Source of the DNA: Monocercomonoides exilis PA203
Taxonomy: Eukaryota > Protista > Preaxostyla
Direction: 5' to 3'
NCBI GenBank assembly: GCA_001643675.2
Contig: LSRY02000003.1
Coordinates: 2,480,001-2,544,000, forward strand
Length of the DNA stretch: 64,000 bases
The notes beneath the pieces are model-generated. The model made no database searches. It was not told the DNA's origin and worked only from the letters and a program-made list of their open reading frames with translations. Of this stretch, positions 27,878 through 39,800 are shown in pieces. Each line of letters begins with the position of its first letter. Position 1 is the stretch's first letter. The translations under genes and the position numbers were made by a program.

Positions 27878-29191
27878 TTACAAGGAGATTACAAAAATTT
27901 CATCGTTATCAATGATTTTTGTGTCAACTGCGCTGAAGGTGAGTGCTTGAAGAGGAACAAATGTTGAGGTGAGGAGGGTGAGAGAGGCGTCTTGGGCATC
28001 CGTCATGCGAACAAGAGCATGTTCTATTGTTTCACAGGGACTGAGTTGTGTGATTCCGCAGAGATCGGTGTTTGTTCCATTATTTGACACGATTTTGAAA
28101 GTTGTTATGAGAGGAAGCCATCTGTTGAACTCAACATCATCAGCTGTTCCTGCATTCCACACTCTTTTTGTTGGGGTAGTTGATCCACACTGATTGAATG
28201 GGGATTGGGTAATATCACTTCCGTTAAAGAACACATCGTTTCCTCTGCCATTTTTGGCAGTGTTGCCATCGAAGAAACAGAAAGTGATGAATTTGAACCC
28301 GCTCATCCAATCATATGTTCTTGTGCAGCACAGTGCAGCACCTCCGTAGGTAGTTGGATTTTCGACTTTGTTGTTGATGAACTGGCACTCTTGGAGCAAG
28401 CACTGTTTTGGTTTTTGTGGTGGATGCCAATTGAATGTGACTGCTCCAGCAGCATCACCTCCGGTATTTGCAATGCAGGAGCAATTTTTGAACAAGAATT
28501 TTGCATCAGATGGCATATTATCGAGAGCAAAATACCAACCAGTTCCAATATTGCCTTTTATTGAGCAACTTTCAACTCTGTTTTCTGAGAATGAATAAAC
28601 AGAACTTGACTGAGGACCAGCAATACAAGTTGCTCCTCCACGATAAGCGGAACAACTTGTGAAATTGGATTTTGTAATGTTGATATTCAACAAACTTCCA
28701 CAATACAATGCTCCGCCATATCCGCTACCCGAACAAGAACAATTGTGAAATGAACAAGAAGTGATTGTGAGATTGGCATTTGCGCGGTTAACATAAAGCG
28801 CTCCTCCATTATTATTACCTCCGCTGTTTGAATTATTCCATTCGCACCACTCAAATTTATGGCTGTTTAAATCGAATGAAATCAATCTTCCAAGTTTCAC
28901 TCTTTGAGATTCCGTTCCCACATGTACCACAGGAGCATTTGATGAAGATCGCGTTTGATGAAGGAAAGAAGCATTGAAGGCAGAGAGAGAAGTAGATGGG
29001 CTGTTGAGGTCTGGGAGGATGGCACCATCGATGGGGTTGTGAGTGTGGAGGAAGATGGTTGAGTGGATGGAGAGGGATGAGTCGGAGGATTTTGTTTGCC
29101 AGATGAACTCAACGTTGAAAAAACTGAAATTAAACGATTTCTGCGAACATCTCCTTTGTTGTTCGATTTTTATTATCTTCACATTTCTCAA
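27878..29191 (-). pseudogene. Beta-helix surface-protein cassette C7
   Basis: Core matches C4 but both ends differ (tail DLCGITQLSPCETIEHALVRMTDAQ). TTG start. Confidence 0.75.
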
Positions 29192-30288
29192 TCTTCAATC
29201 AACTCGTCAATACATTCATTATCGTCATCTTCTTTTCCTTCTTCTCCTTCTTCGCTTTCATCATCATCTATGTTATCTTTTTTATCTTCATCTTCAAATT
29301 AGCGTGTGCAATAATATTATCTGCAATTTCCTTATGACAAAGAGAAACCACTGATTAATTTCCATGACTTTCTCTTCTCTTTCCTTCTCCATCTCCTTCA
29401 TTTTCAGGTGCTTCTTCTTCTTCTTCTTCTTCTTCTTCTTCTTCTTCTTCTTCTTCTTCTTCTTCTTCATTTTCTTCGCCTTCTTCTTCCTCCTCCTTCT
29501 TTGACTTCAACCTCTTCCTCTTCTTTATCTCTTTCGTCTCCTTCTTCTTCACCTTCACAACCATCTTCTTCTTCACCTTCTTCTTCTTTTTTAAATCCTT
29601 CTGCGATTTGTCCTTTCACACCAAGTGTGCCATCTTCATCATTATCTTCAATTCTTTCTCCAACTTTTTCAATGCTATTTTCACTTTCTTTGTATTGGAT
29701 AAGGGCATCGACCTTCTGATGCATTTCAACTGTTCAATCTGCAGCTCCGCAAAATTGAGCTAACAATTATTTCACTTGCATTTCCTTTGTCTCTGCGGTC
29801 GTTCGATGAATGAGCTTTCTTTTTTATTCGCGAAACTGATGGAAAAATCTATCTGCTCAAATTCAGCTCGTTTCATTTCCATTGCATTCATCTTCGATTT
29901 TTTCGATGAACAACAAAAATAATGTTCACTCGAATTCATTCGAATTCCCAACGAATTCAGTGCCAAGCCTTATGTTTCGTTTCTTCTCAGAAAGACGAAA
30001 GGAATATTTATTCAAACACAGAATATCAGCTGAAATAAATGAAAATGGAAGAGATGTTATGATGAGGCAAGAAAAGAAGGGAAACAGACACGCAATAAGA
30101 AAAGGAGGATGCCTTTCCCTCCATTTCCAGTGAATGAAGGAGACACAGACGAAAAGATGATAATATTGAAACGATTCTTGTTTGGGGAGGGTGAATGACA
30201 ACAGAGATGGCCTTCGAGAGATTTCTCCATCGCAACGTGTGTTCTCCTAACATGTGAGTGAATTTCTTGTGAATGTCTCCGACTGAGC

Positions 30289-30323
<35 letters not shown>

Positions 30324-32972
30324 TTTCTTCATTTTCGGCTTCTGCTTCTGCTTCTGCTTCTGCAACTTCATCTGCATTTTGCTGATCACTCCTTCAATGT
30401 GATATCCATGATGGCCTTCTTTGAATGCTTCAGGATGCGCAGCAAAGACGAGCAACAGGAGACATCTTAGCAATCCCAGAGGTACAAGAGCGAGTAGCCT
30501 CTTCACGTTCCAATTTTTCAGTGTGTTCTCATTCAATTCTCGCACATCAACCAAAAATTTGGAGGAAATTTCAGATGAGATGAAAGTTGATGAAGACGAA
30601 ATCGAAGACGATGATGATGATAACGAAGGAAAAGAAGAAGAAGAAGAGAAAGAGGAAGAGGAAACAAAAGAAGAAAGAGATGATAAGGGCTTGGGGAAAG
30701 ACACACACAACAAAGTATTCCCATATCCTCAGAAGCCAAAGGAACATACAAAAGCAGTTTAAAAATATGACTGGGGATGAATTATGCGACACATTTGGCG
30801 AGCCTGAAAAGTTGCCTGGGTCATTTTGTGAGGAAGAAACGCTACCTCTTCTGCAGCCATTGGGAGAACAGAGGGAAGAAGGTGGGGAAGGGAAGAGAGG
30901 AGCAGCAAAACATCGTCTTCTTGGTAGGCATAATGGCATTCGAAATTTTGGGAAAGGGGACGAGAAGGAGAAGAAGGATGATGCTCGCTCATCACAACCA
31001 CAATCTCATTTTCCTTCAGATTCCCTCCATTCACCCACTTCTCCTCCTCATTCCTCACCATCTTCTCCTTTTTCACCATCTTCACCATTATCTGCTTCAA
31101 TTTCATTGAATATTGGGAGTCAGCCTCATTTTGAACATCCAAGTAGCAGTACTTCTGTTGTGATTCAACAAGAAGAATGCAAACAAATTCCTCTATCGTC
31201 GTCGTCGTCGTCATCTTCTTCTTCTTCTTCATCATCATATGATCTCGAATTCGAGTAATTGTGGTTGTGATTGCAATTGTTTCTGTCTGACAGCACACAA
31301 TTTGAGACTGTCTACCACACGCCGATTCTGTCGAAGATCCCCCTTTTGGAGCACTTGTGAAGGATCTGATTGCTCATATGTGCAGATGCCTTCTCCTCCT
31401 CCGCACTCTTCAGATGCACTGCCTCTTCCTCCTCTTCATCTTCTTCGCTTTTATTTTCCTCAGCATTTTCATCACCATTATGAATATCTTCATTTTCTCC
31501 TCCATCAACATCATCTTCAATCACAGTCTGTTTCATGTCTCCATTCGGATGATTATCTTCGTTTGACTCAGCCACATCAAAATGTTTGCTGTTTGATGAG
31601 CAATGTTGATTTTTTGGGAGAGTTGAGAAATGAAAAAGAAAATGGATCAAAAGGAGATGAGAAAGAAATGAGCAGAGAAATAGCAGAAGAGCAATTCAAA
31701 TGTGAAGAAGGAAAAGAAGAAGAAGAAGAAGAATATTCAGAGAAGAGGAGGGAGAAGGAGAAAATTGGATTGATGATTGATGATTGGACTGTGAAGGAGG
31801 AAAGGGAAAAACAGAAACGGAAATATTGATTGTATTTCTTTGAAATCTTCATTTTCTTCTTTCTTTCTTCTTTCTCGTCCAATTTATCTCCAACTTCAAC
31901 ATCAAAAGAAGCAAGATTATCTTCAATGCCTTCTTTTCTTCTTTCTTTCTTTCTTCTTCTTCTTCTTCTGTTTCATGTTCTTCTTCACTGCTTTCTGCAT
32001 CCTCGTCCGATTCATTCACTCAAACAATCCAATCTTCCTCTGCCTTTGGGCTATATTACACCTATTTCTCTTCTTTGCCTCTTCTTCACCTTCTTCTTTG
32101 TCTTCTTCTTCGCCTTTTTTTCATTCTTCACCTTTTTCTTCACCTTCTGCATTGTTTTTGCAATATTCATCTCACTTCCTTCTCGGTCAGCAATCGACCT
32201 TCTGATGCATCCATTCATCCAAATCAGCAGAGATGCTTAATTTAACAGAAAATTGCTTCATTTTCTTCCCTTCATCTCGACTGATCAATTGTTGAGCTCA
32301 TCTTATTTCATTTTTCATTCATTATTCTCATGATGAAAAAAGGCTTTTTGGACGAATTGATTTCATTTCGTTTTATCTTCTTTGTCTTCTTCAACTTGTT
32401 AATCGATGATCAACAAAAATTGTAACATTTTTTACGTTTCATTCAACAACTCTCAGATTGGATAATTTCTTTTGCGTTTTCAAATTGAAGCTGAAGGCAA
32501 AATATGCTATTTTACTCTCACATAATATCAACCAAAATGAAAACGTCAATGAAATGGATGTTATTTTTAGCTGTCAAAATCGGAGCAGAAGGCATGCAAC
32601 AGAAAACGGAGATCGAATCTTATTTTTTAATTCGGAAACTGAAGCATTTGAAATGTTTTTTTAAATTTATTATTTTTCCTGTTTTTGTTTTTATTTTTTG
32701 TTTAAAACAGAATATGATTTCATAAACAATTTTCTATAAGAATTATTTTTAATGATGAAATAATAAGATATATCACAAAATGGTGTAAAATTAGGAAATA
32801 AAAAATGTTTTATAAAAATATACTCCAAATAAAAAAAAAACATAAAAAATACTGTTTGAAACATAATTTGTTAATAATTCCTTGTTAAAATAAAATCCAA
32901 AAGTTTTTCTTTTCTTTTCTTGTTTTCTAAATAATAACATCCCATATTTGATTGAAATTTTCTAAAAATCTC

Positions 32973-33586
32973 ATGTTTGAAGAAAAGAAGGGATCCCCCT
33001 TTTCTGTATAGTTTGCTTCGTTGAAGTAACAGTATTTTATTTAGTTATATTAAGCTTTGTCCCAGCTCAAAAAATCCAATTACAGCCTTTTATGCTTTCT
33101 GGTCCTGTTGGCTCTTTCAATCCATCTCCTTCGGAACCACCAACACCGGATCCATTTCGCGAAACTGTTATTGAAAAGCTCCATGGTGTTTCAAAAAAGC
33201 AAAAAGTTGAATTTGAGCATTTTCCTGGAGATGATATTCCTTTGAGTGATGATGAAAAAGAAGAAGTATTATTATCAATTTCAGATCTTCCATACACCTT
33301 GTTCGAAAAAGTGATTGAGTTTTTAGAGTTGGCTGCACCTGGAGTTGCCAAACCCGGGCCAGAAAATTTTATTGATTTTGAAATCGAAGACATGCCGCCT
33401 GTTGTTCAGAGGAATCTACAGCGATTATCAATTCTTTGTAGGCTTATTTATGAAGAGACAAGACAAGACTTGAACGCTATATCCACCACAGTTGAAGCCT
33501 GGACAAATGGCATTGCGATGGATCGCAGGAGACCTCAACCTCGAAAACCTGCTCCAAAGCCAAAAAATAAAAAGAAGAAAAAATGA
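32973..33586 (+). CDS. Small ET (extra-terminal, BET-family) domain protein
   Basis: PLSDDEKEEVLLSISDLP..LFEKVIEFL...IDFEIEDMPPVVQRNLQRL fits the ET-domain pattern; basic C-terminal tail. Plausible first exon 32973-33010 and intron 33011-33054 (GTTTG..AG) keep the frame. Confidence 0.65.
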
Positions 33587-33854
33587 AGAGTTAAAAATTT
33601 TAAAGTTTTGATTTTGTTGTATTATATTATAAACATAAAAGAAAAAAAAATATCGATAGAAATGGCACACTTTTTGAATGATTATGTATTTAAATTCTTT
33701 TTTTTTGAAAATGTGACAAGAGGAATTTTGATAAAAAGAAAATAAAATTCAAGTGAACGAACAATCAATTAAACAATAAAATAGTATAAAAAATCTTCAC
33801 GATTTGAAACGCAAATCAAACAATAACAAAGAAGAACATGAAGAAAAATAAAGT

Positions 33855-36800
33855 TCATTTACTCACAACTTCCACTAACTCTGGCAAGCTCTCGGTGAAG
33901 CTGCCAGTTGACGATTTGAAATTGATTTCAATTTCAAACACCTCAACTTTGACAGCAACGCTTGCAGATTTGGACGCCGTTTTGATTTTGTCTGTTTCCA
34001 CAGCATAAACATAAGCTCTTTCAGTGCATTCATACATGCGGCAGGGAACGATATGAACAGGAAAGCTGATTTCTGCATAGTGTCTCTTTGAAGCCTTGCT
34101 CGAAGCAGCAGCACTTTTGGCCCGCTGCGTAGTGAAAGGGGAAATTCCTATCGCAAACTTTCGCACAGGAAGAAAGATCAGATCGCTGTTTGTTGTCCAC
34201 AGCGACACGACAGTTGAAGAAGAGAGCATCGAAGTGAGAGGGAGACGGACAGGGATTGTGGTGCCCAGAGTGCAGAACGATGAGGTTGAAGGAGATGGAA
34301 TAGAAGATGAAGCAGAAGAAGCAGATGCAGAAGAAGATTGAGCAGAACTGGCCTTGCCTGAGAGGAAGAAGAAGCTACGGCGGAAGGGGATGTCGATCAA
34401 GAAGCGACGAGTCGGCTGCAACGAGGCACAGTTCATATCAACCAAATAGGCACCAACAAGTTTTGTGTTGTGCGAATCGCTTTCTTTTTGTGAAAGAGCA
34501 GCTGAATCAGCGTCATATGGCGAAGGAAGAGAAGAAGGTTGGGCGTTTAACATTCGTCCAGTTGGAACATAATTTGAATTGGAGACGAGGTGGACGAGTG
34601 TCAACAAGGCTGTCTGTCTGAACGGAAGCAGAGCGCTGCATTTGGCTGCAAAACGAACAGAAGGCAGGCTGCCGTCAACACCACCAAACAGCATCAGCGA
34701 CTGCAGAAGCGGAGCGAAACGGTCTGCACACGTCTCAAACGATGCAGAAGAAAAGCGCTGGGTGACTTCTTCGCCACCGCTTAGGAAAGATTCCGGCGGC
34801 AAATCAACGTGAACAGCTTCCCCAACAGCGACAGACTGGTCCAGCTCAATTGCAGGGGTGACAGACACAACCACCTCCCATATTTCATACAGCGATGCAC
34901 CAAGCTCGTCGTTGAACAGCGCCAGGCAGAACGAATAGGGCTTTCTGCGGGGCAGCTGCTGTGTGTTGCTCGGGAGCGTTGCAAAGAGTTGGATGATCTG
35001 AGTGAATGAATGCGTCTTTGTGGAAGGTGCAGAACCAGCTTCTTGTTCGTCTGCTGCTTCTGCTGCTGAATCTGAAGGTGATTTGAAATATGTCCCGTCT
35101 TCAATCCGTGAGCGTGTTGTGGTTGCCATGTCCACATGAGAAACTCCGCGTATGTCAAAATCGCTTCGACACAAAACAACTTTTTTGATGAACGCTGTCT
35201 GCCGAAGAAGCAAAGACTGATCACTTTGTGCATCTTTTGACTGAAGAGAAGAATTCTGCTTCTTCAATGGCTGCTTGCCAAACGTGAAGGAGGCCGCAGT
35301 GTGTGATGAGAGCGACATTTCGTGCTCGCTGATGAATGCCACATCGTTCGCTGCATGAAACAGCGATACCGGAGAAAACGACGTTGAGTCAGAAAGAGGA
35401 AACACAAACGCCAAGTTCATCGGCTCTCCTTCTTTCACAAAGACGTGGAATGTCCTGTCGATGTGGTGAGCCAGCGGACAAACCAGCACGTCGCATATCG
35501 AATGCAGCAGAGGCGCCTGTTGAGTAGCCACAGGAGTTGACTGCTCTTCCTCACCTACCAATGGCTCAGGCTGCTCGTCATTCGCGTCAGGGCGTAGCAT
35601 CGTTGGCGGAAGAGACACCATTTTGAGGCGAATGATACGCGACTCGATGGGACGAGAGAGCGAGACAGGCGCACCGAACGGATGGCGATGGTGGATCAGA
35701 GGGGATTCCTCGCCTATAAACAGCTCTTCTTCTTCGTCGGTGGCAGCAGATGAACGAGTAAGACAGATGGAGCCAGGAGAAACTGAGGATGAACGAACAA
35801 TGCTTTGCTGGCTGCTTTGGTAAGGTGAAAGCGAGAGAGACGGTCCAGCTGAAAGAGAACGCATCGACATTGGCATTGCAGACGAGACAGAAGGAGAAGC
35901 AGACTGCTGCAAAGAATTCGAATAAAACGGAGAGGAAGGTGGAAGAGCAGACGATGTGATGCAGCGGCTGATGAGCATCTGCTGCAGTGAAATCGGGTTT
36001 TGAATCAGAACATCGTCTCCGTGCCTTCCTTTCCTCAGCAGCCTCATCCGATTCGCATCTCTTCCACCCCAACTGAGCAGGTCTTGTTGGATGCTACCAT
36101 CTGCCGTCCTCTTCAGCCTCGACACAGTCGTCTGCGGCGTCTGATAGAGTGGACGTGAAAAGCGCGAGAACTGGTTTTCCATCTGCAGCGCCTTCTGATC
36201 TCTCTCCATCATCATCCGCTCAAGTTCTCTTCTTCGTGCCTCTTCTCTCTCTCTCCACTGCTGCTCTTCATCTGCAGCACGCCTCGCTGCTTCATCTGCT
36301 TCGTCTTCTTCGCCAAATCTGATCGTGCCCCATCGCCATGACCTTCTCAGCACTTCCTCTGCTTCATCAGCATATCCATCATCAGAACTCCTTCCTCCAC
36401 ACAGCAATCTCTTTCTCGCCTGTAACAGCTCCTCTTCTCTTATCCCATCCCCTGTCCATCCTCTGATATTCCCGCATAAGAACGACTGGCAAATGAATCC
36501 AGCGTATCTCGTCTCGCCCGGCGGCACTTCGACAACAAGAGTGAAAGGAGTGACAGAAGAAGAGAGCACAGCAGCTGCTGGATGAAGTGTGGTTTGGAGA
36601 GAAGAAGAAGAAGAAGAGGAAGAAGTGAAGGAGGTTGAGGGAAGAGCAGATGGATCGATGCGAAGTGAGCTGTGTGGATGGATGGATGACTGCGAAGTGG
36701 AAGAAGAAGAAGAAGAAGGAGAAGGAGAAGGAGAAGAAGTTGTTGTTGTTGTTAAAGAAGATGATGATGAAGAGATGGTGTGGTGTTTAAGCTGATATTC

Positions 36801-39800
36801 CTGAAGAGGACTCGACGAAAGAATGGGAGTGGATGTGATTTCTGGGAAGACAAACGAGTTTTGCTTTCCATTTGCAGAAGAAGAAGAAGAAGAAGACGAA
36901 ACAGAAGCTGTTTGAGGGAAGAAGAGAGATTTGAAGTATTTGTGATATTCGTCTGTGAGTGGAATAATCTCGTCTTCCACTTCGTATTCTGCTGCCATTC
37001 CCAATGGATCTTCAAACAGCTCTTCGTATTCGTCTGAAATGTCATTCGTTTCATTCAGTTGAATGCTCATTCCTGTTTCATTTCTCATCCCCATCTCCTG
37101 TCTTCTCTGTGAACTGCATGCTTTCCTTATTCGTGTGGCTGTTATGCCGACAAACATTGTTTCTTCGGTTGTGTTCGCAATTGGCACCTCAAAAAAGACA
37201 GGAGAGCCGAAAGAAGGGAAGATCGCACGGGTGGAGGAGAAGTGGTGGAGGTTGAGGCGCTGAAGAAGACGCCTTTTGGACTGAAAAATAAGAAATAAAA
37301 AGTAATTTAAATAAATAAAATAAAAATAAGAATGAATAATTTTCATTTAACAACAAACTTCTTCTCTTTCCTTTCTGCTGACAATGGATTCTTCTGTCTG
37401 CTTCTTCACCATTCCTCTCATCTCCACTCCATTTCGATCCATTTGTGCTGCTCTGCTAACAGTTCCTGCTGACATTCCCAGCAATTCCTGTTTCTTTCTG
37501 TTCTTTTCCTTCTCCTTCTCTTCTCTTCTTCTCATGTCAAACATGAAATCTTCTCCAACAACACCGTTTCGCCCGTCTGTTGCCTCAATCGAAGACAGAT
37601 GATGATTTCTCTTCAGAAGAATTCCTCCTTTTGCTGATGTTGTTGAGAGAGAAGGAGGTTTGCTGGTTAATTGCGAAATGTTTGATTGTTCAGAAGAGAA
37701 GAAAGAGGAAGGAATGGAAGAAGAAGAAGAAGAAGATAAAGATAAAGGAGCAGAAGAAGAGGTGGAGAAAGAGGAAGAGGAAGAAGAAATGATGCTTGTT
37801 GGTTTGTCTCCTCTGAGCATCATTTCATTCAAAACGATGTTTTGCCACAAAATTGAATCATTTGCTGATTGTTGAGTGGATTTTGCTGTTCCATTTTGTA
37901 TTCTTCCTCTTGTTTGTTCTCTTTCTCTTTGAGAGATAGAAAGAGAATGAGAAAGAGGACGAGAAGAAGATAAAGAAATAGAAGAAGAAGAAGAGGAAGA
38001 AGAAGGAAGAGCTGATAGATTTGGAGAGAAAACAGTTCTTTTGTGTGAGACAGACAATGATAGAGTGCCCAAATTGAGTGAAAAAGGCGCTTTTGAATGG
38101 GAAAGGAAATGAGAAGAGAGGAAAAACGTGTTGATGAAAGGAGAAGGTGTGGAGTCGGAGGCAAAATGAGAAGAAGTTGAAGAAGAAGAAGTGAAAGTGG
38201 AGACGAAAGTTGTGTTGGCTGACGAAGGGAAAGGCGGAGGAGGTTGCTGAGAAGAGGCAGAGGGGATGACAAGAGGAGCATAGATTGAGAGAGAGAGGGT
38301 TTTGGAGTCTGTTCCTAAATATTATGAAGAAAAAATATTTAATTGAAGGAAAATAAAAGAGAGAGAAAAATAAAGATTATAAAAATGAATGAAATAATTC
38401 GTCAAACAATGAAAGAGAGAAAGAGAGAAAGAAATAAAAAGATATTTATATTCAAACCATTGGTGATTCCTGTGAGTGCTGAGAGCGGCAGAAAAGCGTG
38501 TCCGAAGAGCTGTTGCGTCTGCTCGTCCCAAATATCAATTTGAAGATGGCGTTCATTCAACGTCTCAAACAAAGTGGAAGAGGTCGAAGGAGAAGTAGGA
38601 TGAGGATGGCTTTGCAGGCGGAAGGGTACGAGGCGGAGGAAGTCGGAGACGGAGAAGGAGGAAGGAAGAGGAGATATGGAAGAAGAGGAGAGAGAAGAGG
38701 AAGAGAATGAAGAGAATGAAGAAGAAGAAGATGATGAGGAGGAGGAAGAAGAAGAAGTGAAGAGCGAAACAGGATCAGGAAACGAAAACAGGAGTGGAAG
38801 TGGAACTGAAACGGAGATGGAAAGAGGATTGTTCTGATACGACGTGATGTGATAAGTCAGCTGGTTGGCATTCTCCAGCTTGAATAATTCTTCTTCCTCG
38901 TCTTCTTCTCCTTCTCCCTCTTCATTCTGCCCTCTCCCCACAATCCCCATCTCCCTCCTTCTCCTCCTCTCCATCTCTTTCTCCCTCTTCTCTCTCTGAA
39001 TCGCCCTCTTTTTCCTCTCCACTTCTGTCTCCACATAGCCAGGCGGTGTGTAACAGCGAGGCAGCGCAAACATTTGGAAGGAGAAGAAAGGTCTTCTTGG
39101 CATCTCCACCAGATGAGAAGAAGAAAGTTCATCTAAAACCAACGGAGAATCACTCAATTCGTTCACAAAGGGTGACATTTCTGCTGTTTGAGACGGCTGA
39201 ATAGGCTGTTGCGGCTGCTCTTGTGCTGCCAGAATGCTTCTCAACGTCTTTTCACTAGGCCATTTTTGAGTGAAAGACAAGAAAGTGAAGGTGAACTCGC
39301 TGCAGAGATGGTCTTCTGGCTCGTCAGTTCGGGTACTTCTGAGAAGAACTTTGGGAAGAGGGGCGATGGGAACAAGGGGAAGCTGCGGGAGAGGAGGAGG
39401 GGCAATGTAGATGGGATCGGTGGAGGGAGGTGGCTGGATATGAAATGAGGAAAGAAAACAATAAAAAAGAATATTTTTTGAAAGGCAAATAAGTTATTGC
39501 GAAAAATATTATTGATAAATAAGCAAACCTCACTCACAACTCTTTTCACCTGCATTGCTGGTTTGTGCTTCGGTGATAGTGGAATAGGTGTCTCATCTTC
39601 AGACTCACTCTCTGTTTCTGGCTGTTCTTCCGCTTTTGCTCTTTTCGTCGCTCTTCTCACGAACAGAAAAGGAGTCTTCACCCAAACAGGAAGAAGAGGA
39701 AACTGGCTTTCCGGCAGCACCAGTTCGAAGGAGACGAGTGTTGGGAAGAATTGAGCGGAAGATTTTGGCTCAGGTATTTCGATGGGAGTGGGGTAGTGAT

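Larger units (their letters stand above)
13960..32370. repeat. Large imperfect palindrome (arms ~13960-22680 and ~24390-32370)
   Basis: Mirror-image ORFs: 15490-15858/30571-30939, 15667-16008/30421-30762, 16705-16962/29467-29724, 19718-20281/26622-27185, 20230-21492/25411-26673, 21608-21943/24960-25295. Confidence 0.95.

Noticed and set aside
1-29191. Cassettes as mutually exclusive exons (Dscam-like) or as DGR targets
   Set aside because: They lie on both strands and lack conserved splice sites. There is no RT or template repeat, and variation is blockwise with indels.
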